DNA from: Microbacterium sp.
GTDB lineage: Bacteria > Actinomycetota > Actinomycetes > Actinomycetales > Microbacteriaceae
Length of the DNA: 64,000 nt
Direction: 5' to 3' (one strand)
NCBI RefSeq assembly: GCF_017306415.1
Contig: NZ_JAFKIL010000011.1
The notes under the pieces were generated by a model. It was not told the DNA's origin, ran no database searches, and worked only from the letters and a program-made list of their open reading frames with translations. This document shows positions 19,306 to 28,700 of this stretch, piece after piece; position 1 is the first letter of the stretch, and each line of letters starts with the position of its first letter. Position numbers and translations under genes: made by a program.

Positions 19306-19866
19306 ATGATCGTGACCACCCCCGCCCCCGCCGCATCCGCCGCATCCGCTCCGACCGCTCCGACCGCCCCGCCCGCGAACCTGCCGCTGCGTCAGCGTCC
19401 GTTCGACATCGTCTTCCTGGTGATCTTCTCCGCGTTCATCGTGACGTGCATCATCAGCGACTCCGTCGAAGGGCTGGGGCTCGACCAGGTCGCCGACTCG
19501 CCGAACATCCTCGTGCAGTGGAACTACTGGTACGCGAGCAATTTCGATCCGCTGTACCAGTCGCATCCGCTGTGGCTCCGGTTCATCAGCGGGACCTCGG
19601 CGTTCGTCTACATCGTGTTCTATGTGCTGCTGATCATCTCGATCGTGCGTGGATGGAACGGGATCCAGCTGCCGAGCGTCATCTACGCGACGATGATCAT
19701 CGCGCTCACCGGCATCCCGATCTTCGGTGTCGAGCTGTTCGGCGGACCCGGGCAGGCGACGCCGAACGTCGCGGTGTTCCTCGCGTTCAACCTGCCGTAC
19801 ATCGTGTTCCCGCTTCTGCTCCTGATCCGGATGCGCAAACCGCTGCCGTTCACACGGCGCTGGTAG
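19306..19866 (+). CDS. EXPERA/EBP-like membrane protein
   Basis: Four to five TM segments; WY...DPLY...P.W, ELFG, FLAFNLPYIVFP motifs typical of EXPERA (EBP/TM6SF/TMEM97) domains. Confidence 0.7.
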   Translation: MIVTTPAPAASAASAPTAPTAPPANLPLRQRPFDIVFLVIFSAFIVTCIISDSVEGLGLDQVADSPNILVQWNYWYASNFDPLYQSHPLWLRFISGTSAFVYIVFYVLLIISIVRGWNGIQLPSVIYATMIIALTGIPIFGVELFGGPGQATPNVAVFLAFNLPYIVFPLLLLIRMRKPLPFTRRW

Positions 19867-19969
19867 CGCGTCCCCCGAGACACGGCCTCCACGGCCCCGG
19901 AGACAGCAGTGCGGGCTGCATCATCGCGATGCAGCCCGCACCTCCCGGCCGGAGCCGGGGTCGGGGTCG

Positions 19970-21550
19970 TCAGTCCTCGGTGCTGCGGCGGGGGCGACGC
20001 AGCAGGAGGGCGACGATGCCGCCGACGATCAGGGCACCCGCGCCCACCGGGACGACAGGGTTGATGCTGCCACCGGTCTCGGCGAGTCCGGCCGGCTCGG
20101 CGTTCGCCGGGCTCTCGGCGAGCACCGCGGTCGGGTGCGCGGGCTTCGGGTCCGCCGGGCTCTCCGCGTCGACGATGGTGCAGTGCTGCACGTCCTCGTA
20201 CACGGCGGGCTGGGCGGGGATCGCGGCGGAGATGAGCTCCGGCTCGCCGTAGACGGCGGCCTCCGCGGGGTGCTCGACGTCGACGTAGACCGCGTCGCTG
20301 GCGGGAACGTCGACGACCGTCTCGTCCCACGCCGGGGTCACGAGGTCGTACTCGACGTGCGACACCTCGGGCTGCTCCGGCGAGCCGGGCTGCGCGGCGA
20401 CATCCACGACCGTCTCGTCCCAGGCCGGGGTCACGACGACCTGCTCGTCGTAGGCGGGCGTCACGACGACCGTCTCGTCCCAGGCCGGGGTCACGACCAC
20501 CGTCTCGTCGTACGCGGGCGTCACGACCACCGTCTCGTCCCATGCGGGCGTCACGACCACCGTCTCGTCCCATGCGGGGTAGACGACGACCGTCTCGTCG
20601 TACGCGGGCGTCACGACCACCGTCTCGTCGTACGCGGGCGTCACGACCACCGTCTCGTCGTACGCCGGAGTCACGACCACGGTCTCGTCGTACGCGGGCG
20701 TCACGACGACCTGCTCGTCGTACGCCGCCTTGTCGACGACCACGCTGGTCGCCCAGTAGAAGTAGGAGCCGTTGCCCTCGCCCTGGTGCAGCACGACGCC
20801 GGTGTCCGACCCGTCGTACTTCTTGTTGTCGGCCTTCCAGTGCGACGGCTGCGTGACGGGCGTGTCGCCCCGCACCGGACCGCGGCCGCCGCCGACCCAC
20901 GAGTACCGGGTGTAGGCGGTGTGCGTCACGGCGTCGTGGTGCACCGTCTTGGTGACGGCGTCGTGGTGGACGACCTTCGTGACCGCGTCGTGGTGGACGA
21001 CCTTCGTGACCGCGTCGTGGTGGACGACCTTCGTGACCGCGTCGTGGTGGACGGGAGTGGTCACGGCGTCGTGGTGGACGACCTTCGTGACCGCATCGTG
21101 AGTGACGACCTTGGTCACGGCATCGTGGTGCACCGTGGTCGTGACTGCGGCGTGCGGGACCGTGGTGGTCACGGCGTCGTGGTGGACCGTCGTGGTCTCG
21201 GCGGCGTGGTGGACGACGTGCGAGACCTCGGCGACGGGCGCGACGGCCGGCACGTACGGCTGGTCGACGACGACCCGCTCGGCGTACTGAGCATCGTGGT
21301 GGACGACGTGCGACACCTCGGCGACGGCCGGCGTCACGAGCAGGCGCTCGACCCAGGCGGCGCGGGCCGGCGTGATGAGCGGCGCCGGGCCGTACACGGC
21401 GGGCTGGCCGGCGACGGCCGGGCTGACGAGCGTGTGGCTGATCGTGCAGGTGGACTCCGCCGGCGCGGCCTGAGCCGCCTGAGCCGGCAGGCCGATTCCG
21501 AACGCGAGTCCGCCGGCGAGAGCCGCGGTGGCGATGGTCTTGGTGAGCAT
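19970..21550 (-). CDS. Sortase-anchored surface protein with paired His-rich and acidic repeat arms
   Basis: Signal peptide; 11 x HHDAVTxxV-type; ~55-aa non-repetitive core; 11 x VVVTPA(W/Y)DET-type; LAETG + TM + RRPRR tail. Confidence 0.9.
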   Translation of the reverse strand: MLTKTIATAALAGGLAFGIGLPAQAAQAAPAESTCTISHTLVSPAVAGQPAVYGPAPLITPARAAWVERLLVTPAVAEVSHVVHHDAQYAERVVVDQPYVPAVAPVAEVSHVVHHAAETTTVHHDAVTTTVPHAAVTTTVHHDAVTKVVTHDAVTKVVHHDAVTTPVHHDAVTKVVHHDAVTKVVHHDAVTKVVHHDAVTKTVHHDAVTHTAYTRYSWVGGGRGPVRGDTPVTQPSHWKADNKKYDGSDTGVVLHQGEGNGSYFYWATSVVVDKAAYDEQVVVTPAYDETVVVTPAYDETVVVTPAYDETVVVTPAYDETVVVYPAWDETVVVTPAWDETVVVTPAYDETVVVTPAWDETVVVTPAYDEQVVVTPAWDETVVDVAAQPGSPEQPEVSHVEYDLVTPAWDETVVDVPASDAVYVDVEHPAEAAVYGEPELISAAIPAQPAVYEDVQHCTIVDAESPADPKPAHPTAVLAESPANAEPAGLAETGGSINPVVPVGAGALIVGGIVALLLRRPRRSTED

Positions 21551-21811
21551 GGTGGTTCCTTCCCCCTTGTGCGCCCGCCGGTTGACTGCGTGTGTTCGAC
21601 CGGTTCTGCGAGCGACCTCTAGGAGGCTATGAAGCGACGCTCAGGGCGCCCTCAAGGGAGCGTCAAGCACGCCTCAGGCTTCGCGCGTTGAGCAGAACCT
21701 GAGGATCGGAGGCCTGGTGTCGGGCGATGTGCGCGGATCAACGCCCACAGAACAGGGCGATGTGCACAGTCCACGGAGGAGGGATGGATATGGCGCGCCA
21801 GGTCGTCGCCG

Positions 21812-21939
21812 CACCCCGGCACGACACACCAGCGGCACAGCGCGACGAGCACCCCGGCACGGCACGCCAGCGGCACAACGCGACGAGCACCCCGGCACGG
21901 CACACCAGCGGCACAACGCGACGAGCACCGCGGCACGGC
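21812..21939. repeat. 38-bp tandem repeat, ~3.4 copies, intergenic
   Basis: Units at 21812, 21850, 21888 (CACCCCGGCACGGCACACCAGCGGCACAACGCGACGAG consensus) and a partial copy at 21926. Confidence 0.8.
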
Positions 21940-22016
21940 GCGACCGGAACCGGAGGGCGCCGACCACGACCGGGCCGCCGCGAGACGGACCCGGGCCGTC
22001 GCGAGCGCCCGGAGCG

Positions 22017-25000
22017 TCAGCCCGTCGCGCGCACGGACGTGTGCGGACCCTCCGGCGCGGTGAGCGTCACCGTCGCCGACATCGTCGCTGCGAGCGGGAT
22101 GTAGATGTCGTAGAGCGCGCCACCGAGCTCGTCGCGGTACGCGAATCGGATGCCGCTCACCGGCGGCCGCGGCGGGAACGGGATGGGGAGCGGACGTCCG
22201 CCGTCGCGGCGGATGTCCGGCAGCGCGATCGAGGCCGTGAGCGTCGGACCGAGCGGCAGCCCCGGGAGGACCGGCAGCACGTGGGCGGTCCCCCCAACGG
22301 CGTCACGCATGGTCCCACCCCCTGCGACCGCACCGCCTGCGAGCGCACCCCCGGCGACGGCATCCCTCACGTGACCACCCAGCGGCGGCCCGATGACGAT
22401 CCGCCGCGCGGCCGACACCGAGAGCACGAACGGCGGCCGCGCCGTCCTGCCCTCGGTGCTCGACACGGTCACCACGACTGCCGTCGCCGAGGCGCGGGTG
22501 ACGGCGACCAGCTCGAGGTTCGGCGGCTGCGGAGCGGTCCATCCCGCCACGTGCGCGACCTGCTCGGCGGCGCGTCCGAGCGGGTCGACGAGTCGCAGGC
22601 CCACATCGACCGGCTGCGTCGGATCAGCCCGCGTGAACCACACGGCGAGCGGCGTCCGACCGCCCGCGCGCTCCCCCCGCACGACGACCGCCACTCCCGC
22701 TGCGGGCGCGGCCGGATCGACGGCGGCCAGAGCGGACAGCGGGACGAGGGATGCCGCGGCCATCCCCTCCTCGGTGAGGGCGGCCGCGGTCAGCCCGCCC
22801 ACGAGGTGCGGGCCGAAGTCGGTGTCGGCGATCGGAGCCGACGTGGAGGTCCGCGCGACCAGCACGCTGTGGTCGGGGGACGCCGATTCGACGACGAGCG
22901 GGTCGAGGTCCGGCGGACCCGCCGGCGGGACGCGAACGGTGACGATGTCGGACGCGGGCGAGAGGATGCCGCGCCACGCGCGCTCCGGGATGCCGCTGGT
23001 GTCGGGCTCGGCGACGGCGCGGACGTACCAGGTCTTCCAGCTCGGCTCCAGGGCGCCGGTCCAGCGACCCCGGAAGATCGGCTGCCCGGTGACGAGGTCG
23101 AGGTCCGCCGGCGCGGGCGGGTCCGCCGGGGCGGTGGCCGCCGCGAAGGCCGGTGCCCCCATCGAGTCGGCGCGACGGGCGGCGTCGAAGGCGTGCGTCC
23201 GGTACACCCGGAACCGCGAGACCGGCACGTCGCTGGGCACCTCGAGGTCGAGGTCGGCCCCCGCGACCGTCACCTCGGGCCGGGCGAGCGGCTGCGCGGG
23301 CTGCACGACGCGCGGCGCGATGAAGACCTGCGTGACGTCCTGGGCGGCGGTGTTGTACGGCCACGGCGAGTCCGCACCGCTCGGGGTCGTCGAGGTGACC
23401 ACGAAGAACTGGATGCCGGTCGTCCCGCGCGCGAGCGCGACATCCGCCTCCCGCCGGTCGCCCGGCACCTCGAGCACCCGCCGGAAGGCGAGCCGGCACT
23501 CTTCCGGGTGGGCGATGAGCAGCTGCCGCACCGCGACCAGCCGCGCGCCGGGGACGACGCCGGGCGCCGGCTCGGCGACACCGCAGCGCTCGCGCAGGTA
23601 CTGCTCGCTCGCCTGCCACACGACGAAGGACTTCACGTTCGCCGCGGCCGCGCCCCACACCACCCGCACGTGCGAGCGCCCGTCCGAGTCGGGCAGGCTC
23701 GCGAGCGGCACGCCCGGCAGCGGCGTCGTCGCGGGGATCACCGGAACCGGGCTCCCCACGGACGCGAGGATCGCGCGCGCGGGGTCGTCGGGCGCCCACG
23801 CCGTCGGACTGGGGCCGACGGCGAGCGCCCGCCGCGCCCAGACATCCACGCCCCACCGGTCGGTGGCCGAGAAGTCGAGGGCGGGGAGGTCCACGTGCAC
23901 CGCGAAGCGGCGCGGTTCGCCCTGGCCGGGACCGGCGGCCGCGGCGGGGATGCCGTTCTCGTCGAGCGGCGCGACCGTGCACCCGACGCCGGTCGGCACG
24001 TCGCCCGCGAACGAGAGCGAGAAGCTCCGGCGCACCGCGCCGGCCGGGACCGCCTCGGGCCCGATGCCCGTGGGCGGAGGCATCGCCGGCGAGGTCATCG
24101 GGTAGAGGACCGCGGAGAACTCGACCGAGGTCGTGGAGCGCTCCGCGAACTCGACGATGACGTCGACGTCGAGCGTCGCCGGGCACTGCGGCGCTCCGGC
24201 ATAGGTGGCGCGGAGCGTGAGGTTCGCGAGCATCGGCAGCGTCGCCGCCGGCTCGATGCCCGCGTACAGCGTCTCTGTCCACGGCGACCAGATGCCGTGC
24301 ACGTCGGAGAGCGCGGCCGCGTACAGCTCGTGCCGCCCGCCGCTGCCGAGCGGGATGTCGGTCACCGGATCCACGCTCGCCAGCAGCGATTCGCCGGGCG
24401 CGAGCGGCGGGACGTTGGGGATGCGCCATCCGTCGACGTCCGGTTCGAAGGCGAACAGCGGCTCGGCGATCCCCGCGCCCGATGTGGTGCGCACCGGCGC
24501 GAACTGGGTGACGTGCACGGTCGCCGCGTCCGCGGAGAGCGGCGGCCACGTCGACCGCACGTTCTCGCGCCACGGCGCGTCGAGCGCGGCGGGCGGCTGC
24601 AGCGAGTAGCGCGCAGCCGCGTAGGGCAGCGGGGCCGGCGTCTGACCGTGCATGACCGGGGGCGCGTAGGCGGCGTACTCCCCCGCGGGCAGCGGCACCT
24701 CCACGTTCCACCCGGGGCCGGAGGCGCGGAACACCGGCCCGGCCGCGTAGGTCGCCGTCACGAGGAACTCGGGCGCGGGTGGCAGCGCGACGGCCGTGGT
24801 CCGCGCCGTGCGGAACGGATACGCCGTCCCGAAGCCCAGCGCGAGGTTGGCGAACGGGTCGCTGACGACGGGGATCGACAGCAGCGGCCACGGCGCCGCG
24901 TCGATGGACGCCGGCCGTCCAGGAGGTCCCGCCACGGGGGTGGGGTTCGTCACCCGCGCCTGCTCGTTCTCGGGAAGACCCGGCGCGTAGAGTCCGGCGA

Positions 25001-25784
25001 TCCGGCCCAGCAGCTCGGCGGCAAGGCGATCGACGAACGCCGCGGGGTCCGGTGCCTTCCACGTCGGTGCGGCCACGCCGGAGGGAAGGGTCGCCGCCCA
25101 GCCGACCGGGGGCGCGCCGCGGGAGATGCGGTCGAGGGCCGCATCCCGTGCCGGCATGGTCGCGGTCACGAGGCCCTGCTCGTACCCGTCGTAGTCGGTG
25201 CCGGGGATGCCGTCCTTGGGCACGGGCAGACCCACGTACTCGATCGGCTCCCAGTCGGGGGCATTGACGATGTCGTCGAGAGACACGATGCGCGTGACCG
25301 GATCGACTGCGTTCGTGATGATCGCGCACGTGGCGCCCGGGGTACGCAGCTCGACGTGCGCCGTGGGGCTGCCGGTGCCGGAGGTGCCGATCGCGGTGAC
25401 GGACTCCTTCGCGCCCGTGCGCCAGCACAGGCGCACCACCACCGGCTGGGACGGATCCGCGACGCCGCAGTCGATGACGACGCGGCCCGCCGGCGTTCCC
25501 CAGTCGACGCGCAGCGCACCGTCTCCGGTGGGCTGCACGGCGACGTCGGCGGGCCGCGCATCCGTGGAGGTCGCCGGACGGCGCCACACGGTGAAGACAC
25601 CGTGCGGCACCCCCAGGTCCCCGTGGCATGCCCACGCGAGGCGCAGGGTGAGCCCGCGGGATGCCGCAGGGTCGCCCTGGCCGTCGGCGGGCGGGAGCTG
25701 CTGCCCGTGCGACTTCGCCACGGCGGCCCAGTCGATTCCGACCGCCTCCGCGCGGAAGAACCCGGGGTTCGGGATGCGGGCCAT
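22017..25784 (-). CDS. Large hypothetical protein (1255 aa), beta-rich, probable Ig/FN3-like modules
   Basis: ATG 25784 overlaps the upstream stop (TGATG); MARIPNPGFF...; LSDVHGIWSPW and VRAV...SPASD segments resemble FN3-like strand ends; no signal peptide. Confidence 0.85.
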   Translation of the reverse strand: MARIPNPGFFRAEAVGIDWAAVAKSHGQQLPPADGQGDPAASRGLTLRLAWACHGDLGVPHGVFTVWRRPATSTDARPADVAVQPTGDGALRVDWGTPAGRVVIDCGVADPSQPVVVRLCWRTGAKESVTAIGTSGTGSPTAHVELRTPGATCAIITNAVDPVTRIVSLDDIVNAPDWEPIEYVGLPVPKDGIPGTDYDGYEQGLVTATMPARDAALDRISRGAPPVGWAATLPSGVAAPTWKAPDPAAFVDRLAAELLGRIAGLYAPGLPENEQARVTNPTPVAGPPGRPASIDAAPWPLLSIPVVSDPFANLALGFGTAYPFRTARTTAVALPPAPEFLVTATYAAGPVFRASGPGWNVEVPLPAGEYAAYAPPVMHGQTPAPLPYAAARYSLQPPAALDAPWRENVRSTWPPLSADAATVHVTQFAPVRTTSGAGIAEPLFAFEPDVDGWRIPNVPPLAPGESLLASVDPVTDIPLGSGGRHELYAAALSDVHGIWSPWTETLYAGIEPAATLPMLANLTLRATYAGAPQCPATLDVDVIVEFAERSTTSVEFSAVLYPMTSPAMPPPTGIGPEAVPAGAVRRSFSLSFAGDVPTGVGCTVAPLDENGIPAAAAGPGQGEPRRFAVHVDLPALDFSATDRWGVDVWARRALAVGPSPTAWAPDDPARAILASVGSPVPVIPATTPLPGVPLASLPDSDGRSHVRVVWGAAAANVKSFVVWQASEQYLRERCGVAEPAPGVVPGARLVAVRQLLIAHPEECRLAFRRVLEVPGDRREADVALARGTTGIQFFVVTSTTPSGADSPWPYNTAAQDVTQVFIAPRVVQPAQPLARPEVTVAGADLDLEVPSDVPVSRFRVYRTHAFDAARRADSMGAPAFAAATAPADPPAPADLDLVTGQPIFRGRWTGALEPSWKTWYVRAVAEPDTSGIPERAWRGILSPASDIVTVRVPPAGPPDLDPLVVESASPDHSVLVARTSTSAPIADTDFGPHLVGGLTAAALTEEGMAAASLVPLSALAAVDPAAPAAGVAVVVRGERAGGRTPLAVWFTRADPTQPVDVGLRLVDPLGRAAEQVAHVAGWTAPQPPNLELVAVTRASATAVVVTVSSTEGRTARPPFVLSVSAARRIVIGPPLGGHVRDAVAGGALAGGAVAGGGTMRDAVGGTAHVLPVLPGLPLGPTLTASIALPDIRRDGGRPLPIPFPPRPPVSGIRFAYRDELGGALYDIYIPLAATMSATVTLTAPEGPHTSVRATG

Positions 25785-28700
25785 CAGTCCTCCTCCTCCC
25801 ACGGCGCGGCCACGAGCGGGACCGACAGCAGCGGAGTGCGCGCCTCGGCGCTGCCCGCGGGTCCGTCGAGGTCGGTCACGAGGTCGAGGCGCAGGCGCGT
25901 CCCGCGCGCGTTCGGACCGAGGAAGGCGATCGCCCGCGTCCCGCCGGGGCCCGTGGCGACGCGCGAGACCGGCGCGTCCGGAAGACCCGGATCGGCCGGG
26001 CCCACCGCAGCGGCCACCGTGAGCCACGGCCACGGCACGCTCGCCCAGTAGTGGTGCGTCGGGTCCGGGTCGGTCGCAGCGGCGTCCACCTTCTGCGGGG
26101 TCGGGCGGGACCGCACGATCTGCTCGCTCGACTCGACGACGACGGCGACGGGCTGCGGGACGGGGTCGGTCGTCCACAGCACGTGCACCGCGGGGAACCC
26201 CGGGACCTGGGGTGCGCCGAGCCCCGCCTGCTCGAACGCGTCGTCGAGGACGGGACCCGGCACGCTCCCGACGAGCGGGGCCAGTGCGGAGGGTGTCAGG
26301 ATGCCGCGCCCCTCCCCGCGGGACCCGCCCACGAACGCCGCGAGGTCGGCGGCATCCGCGAACCGGCCGGTGCGGAACGGCACCCGGTAGACGATGTCGC
26401 CCGTGCCGCCGGCACCCTTCCTGCGCGCGTGCACGTCGAGGAGGTACTCGGTGAGCGGCTCGAAGATGTAGGGCAGCGTCACGGTGAAGGTGCTGTGGTC
26501 GAAGCCGGAGGCGTCGAGGCATCCGAGGTCCACGACCAGCCCCTCGACCGCCTCCCGCCAGGGAGTCGTCACCCCGTACGGGTCGATCGCGGTCGCGTAG
26601 GCCGACCCGCCGACCAGCGGAACCTGCGGCACGGGTTCATCGGGCTGATCGGCGAGCCGGGGATGGATGCCGGATGCCGCGTGGACGACGGCGTACAGCT
26701 CGAGGCCGTACGCGTCGAACAGCGCGGCGACCCGCTGCGACGAGAACGTGATGCTCACCCCGGCGTGGGTGAAGACGCCGGTCTCGTCCGCCGCCGGGAC
26801 CGTGCCGAGGACCCACGGCGACAGGTCGGTGACGACGTCCGAAGGAACGGTCGCGGGGGCCGTCGTGCGGAACCGGAAGCTCTGCGTCTTCGTCGACGTG
26901 TGGTCGCCGGGGAGATCCCCCGGGCCGAGGGTCGCCGCGGGCGGCTGACCCTGGGGCGGGCTGTGCGGGTCTCCGGTCACGGGCAGCCACGTCGCCTGCC
27001 AGTCGACCTCGACGGCGTACGTCGTTCCCGGCGTGAGCAGCGGCTCGCTGCCCGCCGGCTGGGTGAGCGCCGTGTTCAGCGCCTGCTGATCGGCGTTCAG
27101 TGTCGACGTGTCCCAGTCGTACCGGCGGGTCTCGGACGCGAGGACCGCCTCGACCGCGACCACGTAGTACGCCGGGAAGGACGTGGTGCTGCGCCGGCGG
27201 TCCCACCCGGTGACGATGCGCGCCGCCTTGCCCCCGAGCCCGTCGAGACGCACGTAGACGGCCACGAGCTTCTCGGTCGACATGAGCCGACCGGCGAGGT
27301 GGCCCGCGCGGCTGACCGGCTCCGCCCAGGGTCCCGCGGGGTCGATCCAGGTGCCGGGGATCGGCGTCGGCGACGGCACCAGGTCCGACCCGTCCACGCG
27401 GTGCGCCTCGAGCTCCGATCCGTCCTCTGCGCGGGCGGACACGGTGAGCCCGTACTCCAGGCCGATCCGCGGCATCAGCATCAGCAGGCCCACGCTCTCG
27501 AAGCCGTCGCCGTCGCCGGGATTGCCCGCCGCGAACGACACGCCGTCGGCCAGGCGGTCGGGGGTGAAGCCGGATGCCGCCCACGCCTCCTCCACGAGCT
27601 TGCGCGCCAGGTCGTCGCCCCCGGGCGCCGGGTCGGCGAGGTCGTGTTTCGGCGAACGCAGGATCTCGCCGAAGCATCCGGCATCCTGCACCGCCGAACG
27701 CGACCCGGTCGCCGCGGCGGCCCGTGCGAACGCCGACACCGTGGCCGGATCCCACGCCGTCGCCTGCTCCGCGGCGGGGTGGTCGTAGAGGGATCCGCCT
27801 GCCGCGGCGTGGGCGTCGAGGCCCGCGAGCGCGGACGCTCCGGCGAGCCGCCCGCGCAGGCTCACGCCCGCCGCGGGGCTCTGCGCCCAGCGGGACATCG
27901 CCGCCCGCGAGTCGCGGACCGACCGGTCGTGGCAGGGCACGGCATCCCCGACCACGACCGCGGGATCCGTCCCCTGAAGCTGATCGACCGCCGGCGCGAT
28001 GCGCCACGGCTCGGTCACGGTCATCCCGGTCCGCACGGGGGCGGTGCGCACCGTGCCGGGAGCGTCGGGCCACGGGATGCCGGCGAGCGCCCACCCCGCG
28101 GGGCTCGGCCCGAGCGGCTGCCCATCGAACGTCCACAGCACCGAAGCGGGCGCGGCCGCGGTGGCGCAGATCGTGCCCCACCGCTCGTCGACCGTGGTCG
28201 TGAGGGCCTCGCCGCACGGCACGGCGGCCGGATGCGGGTCGGGAGTCCAGTCCAGCAGGGCGAGCTGCAGCGACATCGCCTGCGCGTCGCTCTTCTGCAC
28301 CCACCACACGCTCGCCGCCGACTCGCCCGCAGGCGTCGGGGGGATGAGGGCGCCGCCGGTGAGCCGGACGGCGGTGACCTCGTACCGCCACCAGTGGTCG
28401 CCGAGCTGCATCCACGGATTGGCGGGAGCGCCCCCGTAGGTTCCGAGCACGCCGCCGAGGATGTCGGCCTGGTCCGTCTTCGCGAGGGTGAGGAACGACA
28501 CCACCGGGATGGCGTCGATCGGCACGTCGTCCGGGACGGCACCGCCGCCCTCGACGGCCTTCGCGATGACGCCGTCGACGGGCTCGCCCACCCCGGCGCC
28601 TTCGAGCAGGACGTGGATTGTGCGGGTGACCAGGCCGACGCCGGTGACGAGGTCCTGCACGGTCGGCGGCACGATGCCGGGGTCGTCGCCGATCGTGAGC

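Noticed and set aside
21812-21939. Possible CRISPR array (38-bp repeats)
   Set aside because: Repeats are head-to-tail with no unique spacers, and no cas genes are present
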